Part shown: positions 48,087 to 57,157 of the stretch, piece by piece
Layout of the letters: the number at the start of each line of letters is the position of its first letter
How positions within the stretch are numbered: position 1 is the first letter of the stretch
Source of the DNA: a virus
Lineage: Duplodnaviria; Caudoviricetes
Strand: one strand, 5' to 3'
DNA: 64,000 nucleotides
IMG/VR virus record: IMGVR_UViG_3300050509_000509
Location: 9,812-73,811 of that record
Notes under the pieces: model-generated
Seen by the model: only the letters and a program-made list of their open reading frames with translations
Databases searched by the model: none
What the model was told of the DNA's origin: nothing
Made by a program: the position numbers and the translations under genes

Positions 48087-49502
48087 TTATGGTGTGAATG
48101 TAATTTGCACAAAATCTGCACCTGTAAAAGTTTGCGGATCAAATGTCTCAGTTGCTCCAGCTACCACAATTGTATCTACCGGCGAGCCGTTAATCAGTAG
48201 TGTAAGTGTTGCACCAGCGCCTCCTGTGAGATCTACAGCAATAGACATACTCGTTTCATCTCCATGGGTACCCACCAGGTTCTGACCATTTGATAATGGG
48301 AAAGATCCTCCTGTTGGTACATAAAAAGCAGGAGTTACATCATCTATAGTAGATCCTGCAACTGAATTAGCTACCTGAAAGTTGAATGTTGTTGTGGTAG
48401 TCGTTGTAGTAGTACTTGTAGTACTTGTTGTTGTACTGGTCGTAGTAGTGGTTGTAGTTGTAGTAGTTGTAGTTGTACAAGGTATAGTCTCTGTAGTAAG
48501 AACCTGTCTGCAAAAAGCAGGTCCTTCACATAGAACTAATGAATAGTCAGTAGGGCACTCATACCCTATACCACCTGATCCTACCTGTACATCTTCGCCG
48601 ATATAATCCTTGGTAGAGAATATCAACCCCGAGCCCATTGATGCATAGGAAGTGGCAGCTTGCAACTGCGCAGAAGTGAGATTGTATATCTCCGCTCCCA
48701 TAGCAGCAACAGAGCTTACGTTATGTCCAATGATTTCTATCACATGATCTCCTGCAGCAAGCGAAACAGGGTAGATATGCCATAACTTAAAGGCAAGATC
48801 CACACCTATACCTGGAAAGCCATGTGTATTGAAATAGGCTGCCATTGCTGTAGGATCCATCTCTACAACAGTATTGCCATCAATACGAATGATGGACAGA
48901 TTATCTGCACCCGTTCCTACATAATAAGTAGCATTGGCAGGAACTGTTACACATACCGAAAAGCCTACGTCCTGGTTAGATACTGTAGTAGTTGCCCATA
49001 ACCCTGCTCGATTCAATGGTCCATCTACCAGTGTACTACTACCATTAATCCAAAAGGAATTGCCAGTACTAATCTGTGTATAGGTACCAAATCCCTGTAC
49101 ATCATATCCTGGATCGTAGATCAGTGTTCCAAATTGCCCGTAATTTGTGTTATTCTGTTCTACAGTCGCCTCAGGAGAACTGGGTGGGGTTGCTGTAGTT
49201 TCGTTAATCTGAAAACAATATGTACCGTCCTCTGAGAGGGTGTACGATGGTGGGCAGCATTCGCCCCCTGCTGTGAATATTTGAAATGTTGTAGAGCGGG
49301 GACCGCATGCAATTCCATTAGTAGTAAGCCTTACATCATAGGTAACATTTTCCTCTATTTCCAGTACATAACTGTTGGTAATAGTAGGATTGTTCGGGCT
49401 TGTTGGAGTGATCCAATCAGGATCTCCCTGAACACGATATTCTACCAGCGTACTTAATGAGCCTGGCACAAAATTCCATGTTATCGTCGCGAATGCACTC
49501 AT
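48087..49502 (-). CDS. Multi-domain surface/fibre protein with Thr linker
   Basis: Fn3-like N-terminus, CPPSYTL/CPTDYSL Cys motifs, beta-sandwich core, ~30-residue Thr/Ser tract. Confidence 0.65.
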   Translation of the reverse strand: MSAFATITWNFVPGSLSTLVEYRVQGDPDWITPTSPNNPTITNSYVLEIEENVTYDVRLTTNGIACGPRSTTFQIFTAGGECCPPSYTLSEDGTYCFQINETTATPPSSPEATVEQNNTNYGQFGTLIYDPGYDVQGFGTYTQISTGNSFWINGSSTLVDGPLNRAGLWATTTVSNQDVGFSVCVTVPANATYYVGTGADNLSIIRIDGNTVVEMDPTAMAAYFNTHGFPGIGVDLAFKLWHIYPVSLAAGDHVIEIIGHNVSSVAAMGAEIYNLTSAQLQAATSYASMGSGLIFSTKDYIGEDVQVGSGGIGYECPTDYSLVLCEGPAFCRQVLTTETIPCTTTTTTTTTTTTTSTTTSTTSTTTTTTTTTFNFQVANSVAGSTIDDVTPAFYVPTGGSFPLSNGQNLVGTHGDETSMSIAVDLTGGAGATLTLLINGSPVDTIVVAGATETFDPQTFTGADFVQITFTP

Positions 49503-50915
49503 TTATGGGGTTGTAGTAGTAGTTGTGGTTGTTGAAGTAGTTGTAGTAGTGGTTCCACCTGGTGTATATATTACCTGTACATTACTCGGCGCATCACATG
49601 GAGAAGGACATCCTGCTACAGCGGAGCAAAATGCCTGATATAAACCTGTATCTGTCTGCAATGCATCAATCAATGATTGAAATAGTGTAACCGCATTTAC
49701 TCCTACGTTGAGTACAACTACTTCATTGGTGGTATCTACTGATGGTATTACCTGAATACCATTGGTGACCCCACCTGCTGTGATCTTGGCTCCCAGATAA
49801 TCCGGGCTGCCATCTGTTCCATCTACGGCTACTTTATGATCTCCTGTTCCTGATCCACCTGTGCTATTTATTATCACAGAGTCAGGGATAGTCAGGAAGT
49901 CAAATGTTATATTGGTTCCTGGGACAACTTTATCCTGGAATACACCAGGAGACATATCTGATGCTGTTACAGCAAATAATCTGTCTGCATTCACCAATGG
50001 AGCAAGCTCAACATTCTTACCCAGACACAGATTCCCGTTACTTACATTACTTATAGTAAAGTCTCCTGACCACTGGGTAGGCAATGCCTGAGCAATAGCT
50101 GTGACCCGGGTGAGTATATTCTGTAGTGTATCTTGCAGGTTCTGTGCGCCCGATGGTTGCGTTACACAACCCCAGGTGAGCGTAGTAGTATCCAGAGTAC
50201 CAGTCTGACAAAGTCTTGTCTTGATTTTGTTGACAGTATCTACCAATGTGTCACTGGCCGTGAGCGGTGCAGGCAAACAACTTCCTATATTATTGAAAGT
50301 TGGGAGTACAGCTCCTGCATCGACAGCTGTTTTCAGCAGGCATATCTGGTCAATGAGTATATTGAATCCTTCCTCTGGAGTATCCGGAGCAGGACTAACT
50401 ACATAACAGCTGCTCCAGTCTGCTGCAGATACATCGAGCAGCGCATCTATAGCACCGAACTTAGTACAGTAAGCATTCAGCACTTGCTGTAGGGTCATTC
50501 CTGATGTTACACTTGCAGTAGCACACGTAATACCTGGCACTTCCAGGGCATCCAGCCTTCCATCAATAGTAGTCTGGTAAGCAGGGAAGGTAGTATCTAC
50601 GAATGTATCGAACTCATCTCTGAGATCGCACACAAAGGCGGAGATGGATTCAACAAATTCCTGCTGTGTGGAGATAGGCGCAAGACAGAATGTATTATAC
50701 TGCGAGTAATCTCCTGTTGATGCACACAGTAATGGATCTATCTTCTGCAAGATTGTCTGTAGGTCATCATTAGTCTCAATACCTGAGCATTCAAGGGCAG
50801 GTCCTGTATATATTACACAGGCTGCATCAAGTGCGCAGGGAGTAGTGCTGGTGCAGTTAGCTGGAACAAATCCAGTTACTGTAGCAGTTGTTTGTATGCA
50901 ATTTGTACAGGCCAT
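49503..50915 (-). CDS. Cys-rich fibre protein with C-terminal Thr tail
   Basis: CVIYTGP motif, repeated Cys/helical units, ends GG(T)6S(T)8P. Confidence 0.65.
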   Translation of the reverse strand: MACTNCIQTTATVTGFVPANCTSTTPCALDAACVIYTGPALECSGIETNDDLQTILQKIDPLLCASTGDYSQYNTFCLAPISTQQEFVESISAFVCDLRDEFDTFVDTTFPAYQTTIDGRLDALEVPGITCATASVTSGMTLQQVLNAYCTKFGAIDALLDVSAADWSSCYVVSPAPDTPEEGFNILIDQICLLKTAVDAGAVLPTFNNIGSCLPAPLTASDTLVDTVNKIKTRLCQTGTLDTTTLTWGCVTQPSGAQNLQDTLQNILTRVTAIAQALPTQWSGDFTISNVSNGNLCLGKNVELAPLVNADRLFAVTASDMSPGVFQDKVVPGTNITFDFLTIPDSVIINSTGGSGTGDHKVAVDGTDGSPDYLGAKITAGGVTNGIQVIPSVDTTNEVVVLNVGVNAVTLFQSLIDALQTDTGLYQAFCSAVAGCPSPCDAPSNVQVIYTPGGTTTTTTSTTTTTTTTP

Positions 50916-51991
50916 TATGGGATATACATTATATAGTTAGCGCCCATTGAAGGCTGAATATTGTTATGTGGCTGTCCTCCACCTGAGCTTCCCAGAGTTA
51001 TACCAGTAGTTGCCGTTTGACAAGCTGTTGTATTGGTGAAGAAGAAGCCACTTTCATTTTGTCCTTTATCTCCACCTGCAAACCGGGTAGTATTGTTATT
51101 ATCGTTATTGTCACCACCTGTCTGACCAAGGATGTTATGTTTGTGACCGGGATCTGTCACGCCATGGGTATGAGCAGGTGTTTCAGGTATGGTAAGTGTA
51201 TGACCACCTTCACCAAACTTCATAGATAGTTCCCAATTGGGGTTGAAGGTGCTTACTGCAGGATCTACTGCAGCATCCAGGCTTCCACCAGGGACACTTC
51301 TTATTGCACCGACAATTGTCCGACCTCTGAGATCAGGCGTTCCGTTCTGCCCATTGCATAGGTATATCTTTTGATATCCAAGGGCTGTTACACCTATCCC
51401 CCCCGAGTCAAAATTGCTGAGCGGACCAAAGTAAGCTTGTGCTACATAAGGTACCATCCTGCTATTAAACTGCGATGTGCCAGCATTATCATTTATAATT
51501 TGTATGACCAGATTAGTAAGATCACTCAGGCGCACGTACGTTGTTGGGATTTCATCCACCGTAGCACTTACTTCACAGAGAAGGGTAACGGCGGCTTGGA
51601 GAATATCATCCCTTGTTGGGTTACTGCCCAGTCCTGTAAGACATGCTGTATTAAATACGGGATTATCGGCAAGCTGCTCATCTATCCCATCAATTAACTC
51701 CTTAAGCGTACAACCCGTATTCCATAGAATCTGTAGTATATTCTGCAACGTTTTTGGCAGGACGCCTAACTGATCCTCCATGAAGCTGCAGCCAGATACA
51801 GTAAGTTCTTCTATGGTAATGCCTGTACCATCAGAAAGAGAAAGCAGTCTCTCCACTATGGCAGCTTCAAGTTGAGACAAAGTATCTCCCTGGCAAATGC
51901 CCAGTTCCGGGATATCAGGACCCGTATACTGCACACATCTGTCTGACAGTATTGTTTCACAATTTTGAAGACAATCTCTACAAATTGCCAT
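50915..51991 (-). CDS. Tail fibre with collar-type C-terminal domain
   Basis: YLCNGQNGTPDLRGR, GE..HTLT..E.PAHTH, GGGQPHNNIQP. Confidence 0.75.
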   Translation of the reverse strand: MAICRDCLQNCETILSDRCVQYTGPDIPELGICQGDTLSQLEAAIVERLLSLSDGTGITIEELTVSGCSFMEDQLGVLPKTLQNILQILWNTGCTLKELIDGIDEQLADNPVFNTACLTGLGSNPTRDDILQAAVTLLCEVSATVDEIPTTYVRLSDLTNLVIQIINDNAGTSQFNSRMVPYVAQAYFGPLSNFDSGGIGVTALGYQKIYLCNGQNGTPDLRGRTIVGAIRSVPGGSLDAAVDPAVSTFNPNWELSMKFGEGGHTLTIPETPAHTHGVTDPGHKHNILGQTGGDNNDNNNTTRFAGGDKGQNESGFFFTNTTACQTATTGITLGSSGGGQPHNNIQPSMGANYIMYIP

Positions 51992-51993
51992 AT

Positions 51994-52911
51994 CTAAGGT
52001 GTTGTTGTAGTTGTAGTTGTGGTACTTGTCGTCGTAGTAGTGGTAGTCGTTGTAGTTGTTGTCGTACAGACATTACCTGTATCTGTAACAATGATCACCA
52101 CTGCCTGCGAGTTGTCCACCACTACACCTGTGAACGTATATATTGATGCTCCGCTATAATTCTGACACTGAGCTACATCATCACTTCCAGTAATCTGTAT
52201 ATAACCAAACGGATCCCCGTCAACTGTTATAGTGAATTCACCAGGAATAAAGCTGGCAGGTATATCTGCTGTTTTGCTCTGACCTGCAAGCACAGGGTAT
52301 GCACCTGTGGCAGGACCATTTTCATTTGGCGGGTACCTATCGTATTCCACAAGCAATACTGCAACTCCACCCACATTGGCATTATTGGTCACCGTTAGCT
52401 CCGGTGAAGCTGTAGTGGTTGTAGTGGTTGTAGTACTGGTGGTGGAAGAAGTACTTGTACTTGTCGTGCTACTTGTTGTGGTGGAAGTAGTCGTACTGGT
52501 GGTAGTACTTGTCGTTGTACTCGTAGTACTGGTCGTCGTGGATGTAGTTGTAGATGTCGTAGTCGAAGTAGTCGATGTAGTTGTACTGGTGGTAGTTGTC
52601 GTCGTGGTATACGTCGGCAAAAATATCCCCCTTGCTACTTTCTGTACTCCGGCTGTCAGGGCATTTACCCTGGAAACTATCTGTGCGACTGTATAGTCGC
52701 AATAAAATCCTTGATTCCATCTGAGGTCTTCAAGTATCTTACGATAATAAATCAGTGCCCGTACTCTCCCAAAGGGCGTCGGTCGGGTGGTAAGATACGT
52801 TACATTTTGCCAACCATTCTTACCATACTGGGCCAGTACTGCATCAACTGCACAGATGGCATCCTCTAAAGAGGAGCAATCTGAACAATCCTTTACCAGA
52901 AATCCGACCAT
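51994..52911 (-). CDS. Putative tail hub protein with two Thr/Ser tracts
   Basis: Helical Cys-containing N-terminus, ~65-residue Thr/Ser linker, beta domain, (T)nP-stop; hub call is by synteny only. Confidence 0.55.
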   Translation of the reverse strand: MVGFLVKDCSDCSSLEDAICAVDAVLAQYGKNGWQNVTYLTTRPTPFGRVRALIYYRKILEDLRWNQGFYCDYTVAQIVSRVNALTAGVQKVARGIFLPTYTTTTTTTSTTTSTTSTTTSTTTSTTTSTTSTTTSTTTSTTTSTTTSSTTSTSTSSTTSTTTTTTTTASPELTVTNNANVGGVAVLLVEYDRYPPNENGPATGAYPVLAGQSKTADIPASFIPGEFTITVDGDPFGYIQITGSDDVAQCQNYSGASIYTFTGVVVDNSQAVVIIVTDTGNVCTTTTTTTTTTTTTSTTTTTTTTP

Positions 52912-53042
52912 CTCTTTATAAATTTACTTGTCGTGTTCTTAAACTTTTCATAGCATGCTACACAATATCCATTGATCAGTTGGCAAGCTGCCATCCGAAT
53001 ATTACAGTCTGGATTCTTGCACTTTTTACTGGCACATCCCAT
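52893..53042 (-). CDS. 49-aa Cys-rich protein (not in the ORF track)
   Basis: Hand translation MGCASKKCKNPDCNIRMAACQLINGYCVACYEKF...; preceded by the AAAAACCAAG leader; fills the gap. Confidence 0.65.
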   Translation of the reverse strand: MGCASKKCKNPDCNIRMAACQLINGYCVACYEKFKNTTSKFIKRWSDFW

Positions 53043-53053
53043 ACACTTGGTTT

Positions 53054-53626
53054 TTAGCACCACAGAGTCGGCGCAACACCCCTACACCTATCTCTGAGGA
53101 AGTTGTCAATCATAGTATTGGCAAGCTTGTATAGATTCATAGCCAATAGATTATTGCACTGGTTGGCTGCTGCTATAGCTGCCTGTATATAAAACCATAC
53201 CTCATCAAGCACTTTCATCTGTTCTGTCTTTACATCCTGATTGCATTGCACCAGGTCAGTCTTCAGGAAAGCACGTCCAAATTTCTGTTCCAGTTTAGTG
53301 GTGCGGATAAATGTTCTTTCTATATTGAAAGTGATTGGTGGAGCAATAGTTTGTTTGACCGTCCATATTCCATCTGGCAGATCAATTAACTGGCTTACCT
53401 CACTCACGCAGGTGATGTTGAGCGTGTTACTATTGAATACCGTCATAGCACCTGCTGTATATGCCACTGTTGCCTTCATGAAACTGGGCGGCGTTATCTC
53501 CAATGTAGGGTTAGTTACTGCAAAATTTGACGGATAAAATGAAGTATCCGCAATCCCTAATGTTAGGGTGTTGTGGGTATCTACCACTACAAAGTCTAAT
53601 ATAGGTGATGTCTCTGGATAAGCCAT
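53054..53626 (-). CDS. Putative tail hub/structural protein
   Basis: LGIADTSFYP, LEITPP, LPDGIW; synteny. Confidence 0.6.
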   Translation of the reverse strand: MAYPETSPILDFVVVDTHNTLTLGIADTSFYPSNFAVTNPTLEITPPSFMKATVAYTAGAMTVFNSNTLNITCVSEVSQLIDLPDGIWTVKQTIAPPITFNIERTFIRTTKLEQKFGRAFLKTDLVQCNQDVKTEQMKVLDEVWFYIQAAIAAANQCNNLLAMNLYKLANTMIDNFLRDRCRGVAPTLWC

Positions 53627-54156
53627 TACTGCTCGTTTGTTGATATTTGACCATCAGCCGAGATCCATATAGGCCGTATATTCGCTGGCTGAGCAATTTT
53701 CCATATAGGTCTGCGTACAGCTATTGCCCTATTCTTCATAATGCGAGTGATAGTCACTGCATCAGATTGGTTACCACCTATTACATGATAGGTCGTTGCA
53801 TCTTCAGCAACATATAATGCTACATGACCACCTTTCTCTCTTTTAAATACTACCACATCTCCGAGAGATGGTAAGGGGGATGGGTTACCAAATTTCTTCC
53901 AGCTAAGAGCCCATAATGGGTCAGTAGGAATCTCTTTGTCAGCCCATTTAGCTACAATAGCCATAAAAAGTCCACACCAAGGAACACTATCCGCCGAATA
54001 GATCTTCTGCAGACCCAGTTCCCTGGCCCAAGATAGGATCTCTTCGTTGTCGGCATTACCAGGTTGCTCCTTGGTGCCATATAGCGCGAGAGCTACATCC
54101 AGCATCTTAGGACCCGGTTCATCCATCAACCATTGATATTTCTGCGGTAGTATCAT
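53626..54156 (-). CDS. NlpC/P60-like peptidoglycan hydrolase (TIGR02594-like)
   Basis: GTKEQPG..N, PWCGLF, ALSW, GDVVVFKR..GGHV, GGNQSD. Confidence 0.85.
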   Translation of the reverse strand: MILPQKYQWLMDEPGPKMLDVALALYGTKEQPGNADNEEILSWARELGLQKIYSADSVPWCGLFMAIVAKWADKEIPTDPLWALSWKKFGNPSPLPSLGDVVVFKREKGGHVALYVAEDATTYHVIGGNQSDAVTITRIMKNRAIAVRRPIWKIAQPANIRPIWISADGQISTNEQ

Positions 54157-54167
54157 AGTCTTTTAGT

Positions 54168-54203
54168 AAAAAAGGCCAGGAGCGGAAACTCCTCCCCTGG
54201 CCT
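54168..54203 (-). terminator. Intrinsic terminator after the capsid gene block
   Basis: AGGCCAGG/CCTGGCCT stem followed by a T-run on the minus strand. Confidence 0.75.
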
Positions 54204-54231
54204 GAAACGGCATTATGATGAAAAACCCCTC

Positions 54232-55353
54232 TTACGGTATCAATGTAGTTGTACTGGTTGTCGAAGTAGATGTAGTCGATGTAGTGGTAGTAGTTGTTGG
54301 ATTAGTACCACTGAAATCTTCAACGTCTCCCAGATACACTTCCAGTAAGGTCTCAAAGTCTGTACCTGTACCTGTAGGGAATGCCAGGATGATTGTTTGA
54401 TCCTGAGGCACGCCCGGATTCCAGGTGTCCAGATACTCATCGTACGGATAGTACTTGATGTAGTATGTATCATAGTAGGTACCGGCTGTCACATAGCTTT
54501 GGAAAGCCTGGTTCCAGCTTTGGTACTTATAAAGCGATTTGAAATGACTTGTCTGGTAGCTGTAGAAATCCTTTTCCATCTGCGCGATTTCTGCCGAAGA
54601 TCCAGTACCAAAGTCTGATCGCTGAACTACAGTAGAAGTAGCAATGATATCACATGCATCATTCACAATGAAGTCCTGTGTAGTTACCGGACCATTGATC
54701 ACGAAAGCACGGAACCACAGCCTGTCATACTCCCAGGGGTAAGCTTCCAGATCGCAAGGATTGCCATATACTGTCAGCGGCTTCTCAGTAATGTACATGA
54801 CAGAGTTGTCACCTGTACCAAACCTGGAGAAGGTCAGGAACTGGGAGAGCATAGGATCTGCATTACCCTTAGCAGCAGCCTCATCTACGAAATTCTGTAA
54901 TGCTGTACCTGATACGTCCGTACAAGGATTTGCGCCACATTCGCAACAAGGAGTATCTATCACAAATGAACGGGTAAGACCATTGAAGAACCCAGTATCA
55001 ATGTAGCTCGAATGTAGAACAAACGAGAAGGTTACCTGCTGGCTACACTGCAGATTCCAACCACTTATAGACTGGATCTGAGTTGGTATGTTTGAAACAG
55101 CTGTGATTTTATACCACTCAATCACCTTGTTTGCAGCGATCTTGTCCGAAGTCTTGCTGCCCAGACCGGGAATAGTTTCAATTCTTCCCTCACGGATGTA
55201 GATGTACTTCGCAGCGGCAATATTACCTGCATTTGCTATAGTATAGTCAGGCAGGAATACTCCGATTTGTCCACCAGTAAGGTTCTGCGTAGAACCGCTG
55301 GATGCCAAGGTACCCGAAGTAGCAACAAAGAGTGACGTTAAAGAGTAATCCAT
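54232..55353 (-). CDS. Auxiliary capsid protein-like (crAss gene 73 position) with Thr tail
   Basis: Third gene after the major capsid gene; beta-rich; ends NPTTTTTTSTTSTSTTSTTTLIP. Confidence 0.65.
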   Translation of the reverse strand: MDYSLTSLFVATSGTLASSGSTQNLTGGQIGVFLPDYTIANAGNIAAAKYIYIREGRIETIPGLGSKTSDKIAANKVIEWYKITAVSNIPTQIQSISGWNLQCSQQVTFSFVLHSSYIDTGFFNGLTRSFVIDTPCCECGANPCTDVSGTALQNFVDEAAAKGNADPMLSQFLTFSRFGTGDNSVMYITEKPLTVYGNPCDLEAYPWEYDRLWFRAFVINGPVTTQDFIVNDACDIIATSTVVQRSDFGTGSSAEIAQMEKDFYSYQTSHFKSLYKYQSWNQAFQSYVTAGTYYDTYYIKYYPYDEYLDTWNPGVPQDQTIILAFPTGTGTDFETLLEVYLGDVEDFSGTNPTTTTTTSTTSTSTTSTTTLIP

Positions 55354-55369
55354 TTTCTATGATTTATTG

Positions 55370-56098
55370 TTATTCAGATGTCTTTATTCGTTGTTGGGTG
55401 AACTGCACTGCTGGTACATTCTCTGTATCCATTGCCAGTTCCTCAATAGTAAAATTGAGGAGTTCATCTTCCAGATATTCGTTCAGTTCACAATCAGCAT
55501 GAGCAGAAGCAGTACCATCGAAATTCACATATCCTGGATAATCTATCTTCTGCGGATACCTAATGTATGAAACATATATGGTGTTGGGAGTAAAGGTTCC
55601 GTCAGTATAGATACCCAGTCTCATCCCTGAGATGGTGCAGAAGGTTTCCTCGTACTCGAACGAAGGTTTGTAATTGGAGTTGTTAAGAAGTGTTACAACA
55701 TCAGCATGCTTTGCCAGATCGTTGTTTACATAGATGAGACGATTCTTACAATCGCCCTTATCTGCCACAACATAGCTGTCTACATAAAACATGTACTGAG
55801 GATCAAGATCTTCCAGATTACAGGTCCACATATGGAGCTTGTTATCATCCTCTATGAGAGGAAGGGGGTGTGCTCCAGGAACCTCTATCAGGATCTCGAC
55901 ATCCTCGTAACGTTTCTTAAAACTATCCAGTCCTAACCCCAATGTGTTGTTTGGACTGATCTTCGTTTTTACCAACTTTAGTTGGGCCTCGTTAAGGGCC
56001 AATATCTTATTCTCAAGCGGTATGATCTGATGATCGAGAGCCGCTACTTTATTGAGTTTTTGATCAATCTTGTACAGCAGGCTCTCTACAACTATCAT
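55370..56098 (-). CDS. Ring/structural protein (crAss gene 74-like)
   Basis: LNEAQ, KKRYED, YIRYP, CEL..YLEDE; synteny. Confidence 0.7.
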   Translation of the reverse strand: MIVVESLLYKIDQKLNKVAALDHQIIPLENKILALNEAQLKLVKTKISPNNTLGLGLDSFKKRYEDVEILIEVPGAHPLPLIEDDNKLHMWTCNLEDLDPQYMFYVDSYVVADKGDCKNRLIYVNNDLAKHADVVTLLNNSNYKPSFEYEETFCTISGMRLGIYTDGTFTPNTIYVSYIRYPQKIDYPGYVNFDGTASAHADCELNEYLEDELLNFTIEELAMDTENVPAVQFTQQRIKTSE

Positions 56099-57048
56099 AC
56101 TTCAGCTATCTTTTTGAGTTTTAATTTCCGCTCCAGATCCAGGAGATCTTCCTGATGCGCATCATCGAGCAAATGCTCTACCAGTTCTTCCTTATCTTTA
56201 AACAATTCCAGCTCTCCCTCATAAACTTTTCCACCTTGTTTGAGCCGGTAAATATGGTGTGTGAATGCCATCTCTACTACATCCTTAACATACAACACAT
56301 CATCTTTGAGATTTGCATACACTGAGAACACTTTGATGGGATCTTGCCCTTTGAAAGGTCCGCTATCTGCGGATTGCTTCTTCAGGAATGTATCTACCAT
56401 ATTGTAGACAACTTCCTCACGGGTATCCTCGGTGACAGGTAGCCCCAGTAATCGGGCAACTTTACGACGCTTCTCCAGCGACCAACTATCAAACTTAATG
56501 ATAGCATCATTGGAATTTTTCTTCTTACGATAGAGTATCTCATTTTCCACATCCTCATCATTGATGAAGTATTGAGTGTCGTGAGGATACTCACCCCGCT
56601 CGTAAGCCTGCAGACTGGAAGCTATTGTTGGGTGTGCCTTTAACCAGCAGTAGGTGATATATTGTAAAGGAACATCGAGATTGAATATATTATCTCCGTC
56701 GATCAGCTTTACAGGTTCCACCTTCTTATGTGAACCTTTGGACGTATAGTTGTAGTATGGTGACATTGGAGACAGATCAAGACCACTTTCATACTCCAGT
56801 TTCTTTCTAAGTTCTATGATCCTATTCCTCTCGATGTCCCTCATTTTAGTATCAGTGATTCTATCGAGGTATTTGGCATCTGGATCAAGTCCTGTCCTGT
56901 ACTTACCATTGAGCTCCCTATAAGGAAAGATCATCTTTACTGTACCAGGGATCCTACTCATTCCTTTCTCTCTCAGAGATTTCTCCATGGTCGGAAAGGC
57001 TGAACTAAAGTCCTTCGGTATCACGCTGATTTTACCGATTCTACCCAT
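56095..57048 (-). CDS. Conserved crAss-like protein (gene 75-like)
   Basis: Immediately after the major capsid gene; GKYRTGLD, HPTIA. Confidence 0.65.
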   Translation of the reverse strand: MGRIGKISVIPKDFSSAFPTMEKSLREKGMSRIPGTVKMIFPYRELNGKYRTGLDPDAKYLDRITDTKMRDIERNRIIELRKKLEYESGLDLSPMSPYYNYTSKGSHKKVEPVKLIDGDNIFNLDVPLQYITYCWLKAHPTIASSLQAYERGEYPHDTQYFINDEDVENEILYRKKKNSNDAIIKFDSWSLEKRRKVARLLGLPVTEDTREEVVYNMVDTFLKKQSADSGPFKGQDPIKVFSVYANLKDDVLYVKDVVEMAFTHHIYRLKQGGKVYEGELELFKDKEELVEHLLDDAHQEDLLDLERKLKLKKIAEV

Positions 57049-57157
57049 TATTTAGTTGTTTTGTGCCCCTCAGCATGGTTGCGAGCCAATAGGTCTTTCA
57101 CCCTGAGGGATGAAGAGACGGACAGCTTTCAATCAGTCCTCCTCCTCGTTTTGTATC

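Noticed and set aside
52307-52696. Poly-Val hydrophobic + strand ORF
   Set aside because: Antisense reading of the Thr/Ser tract
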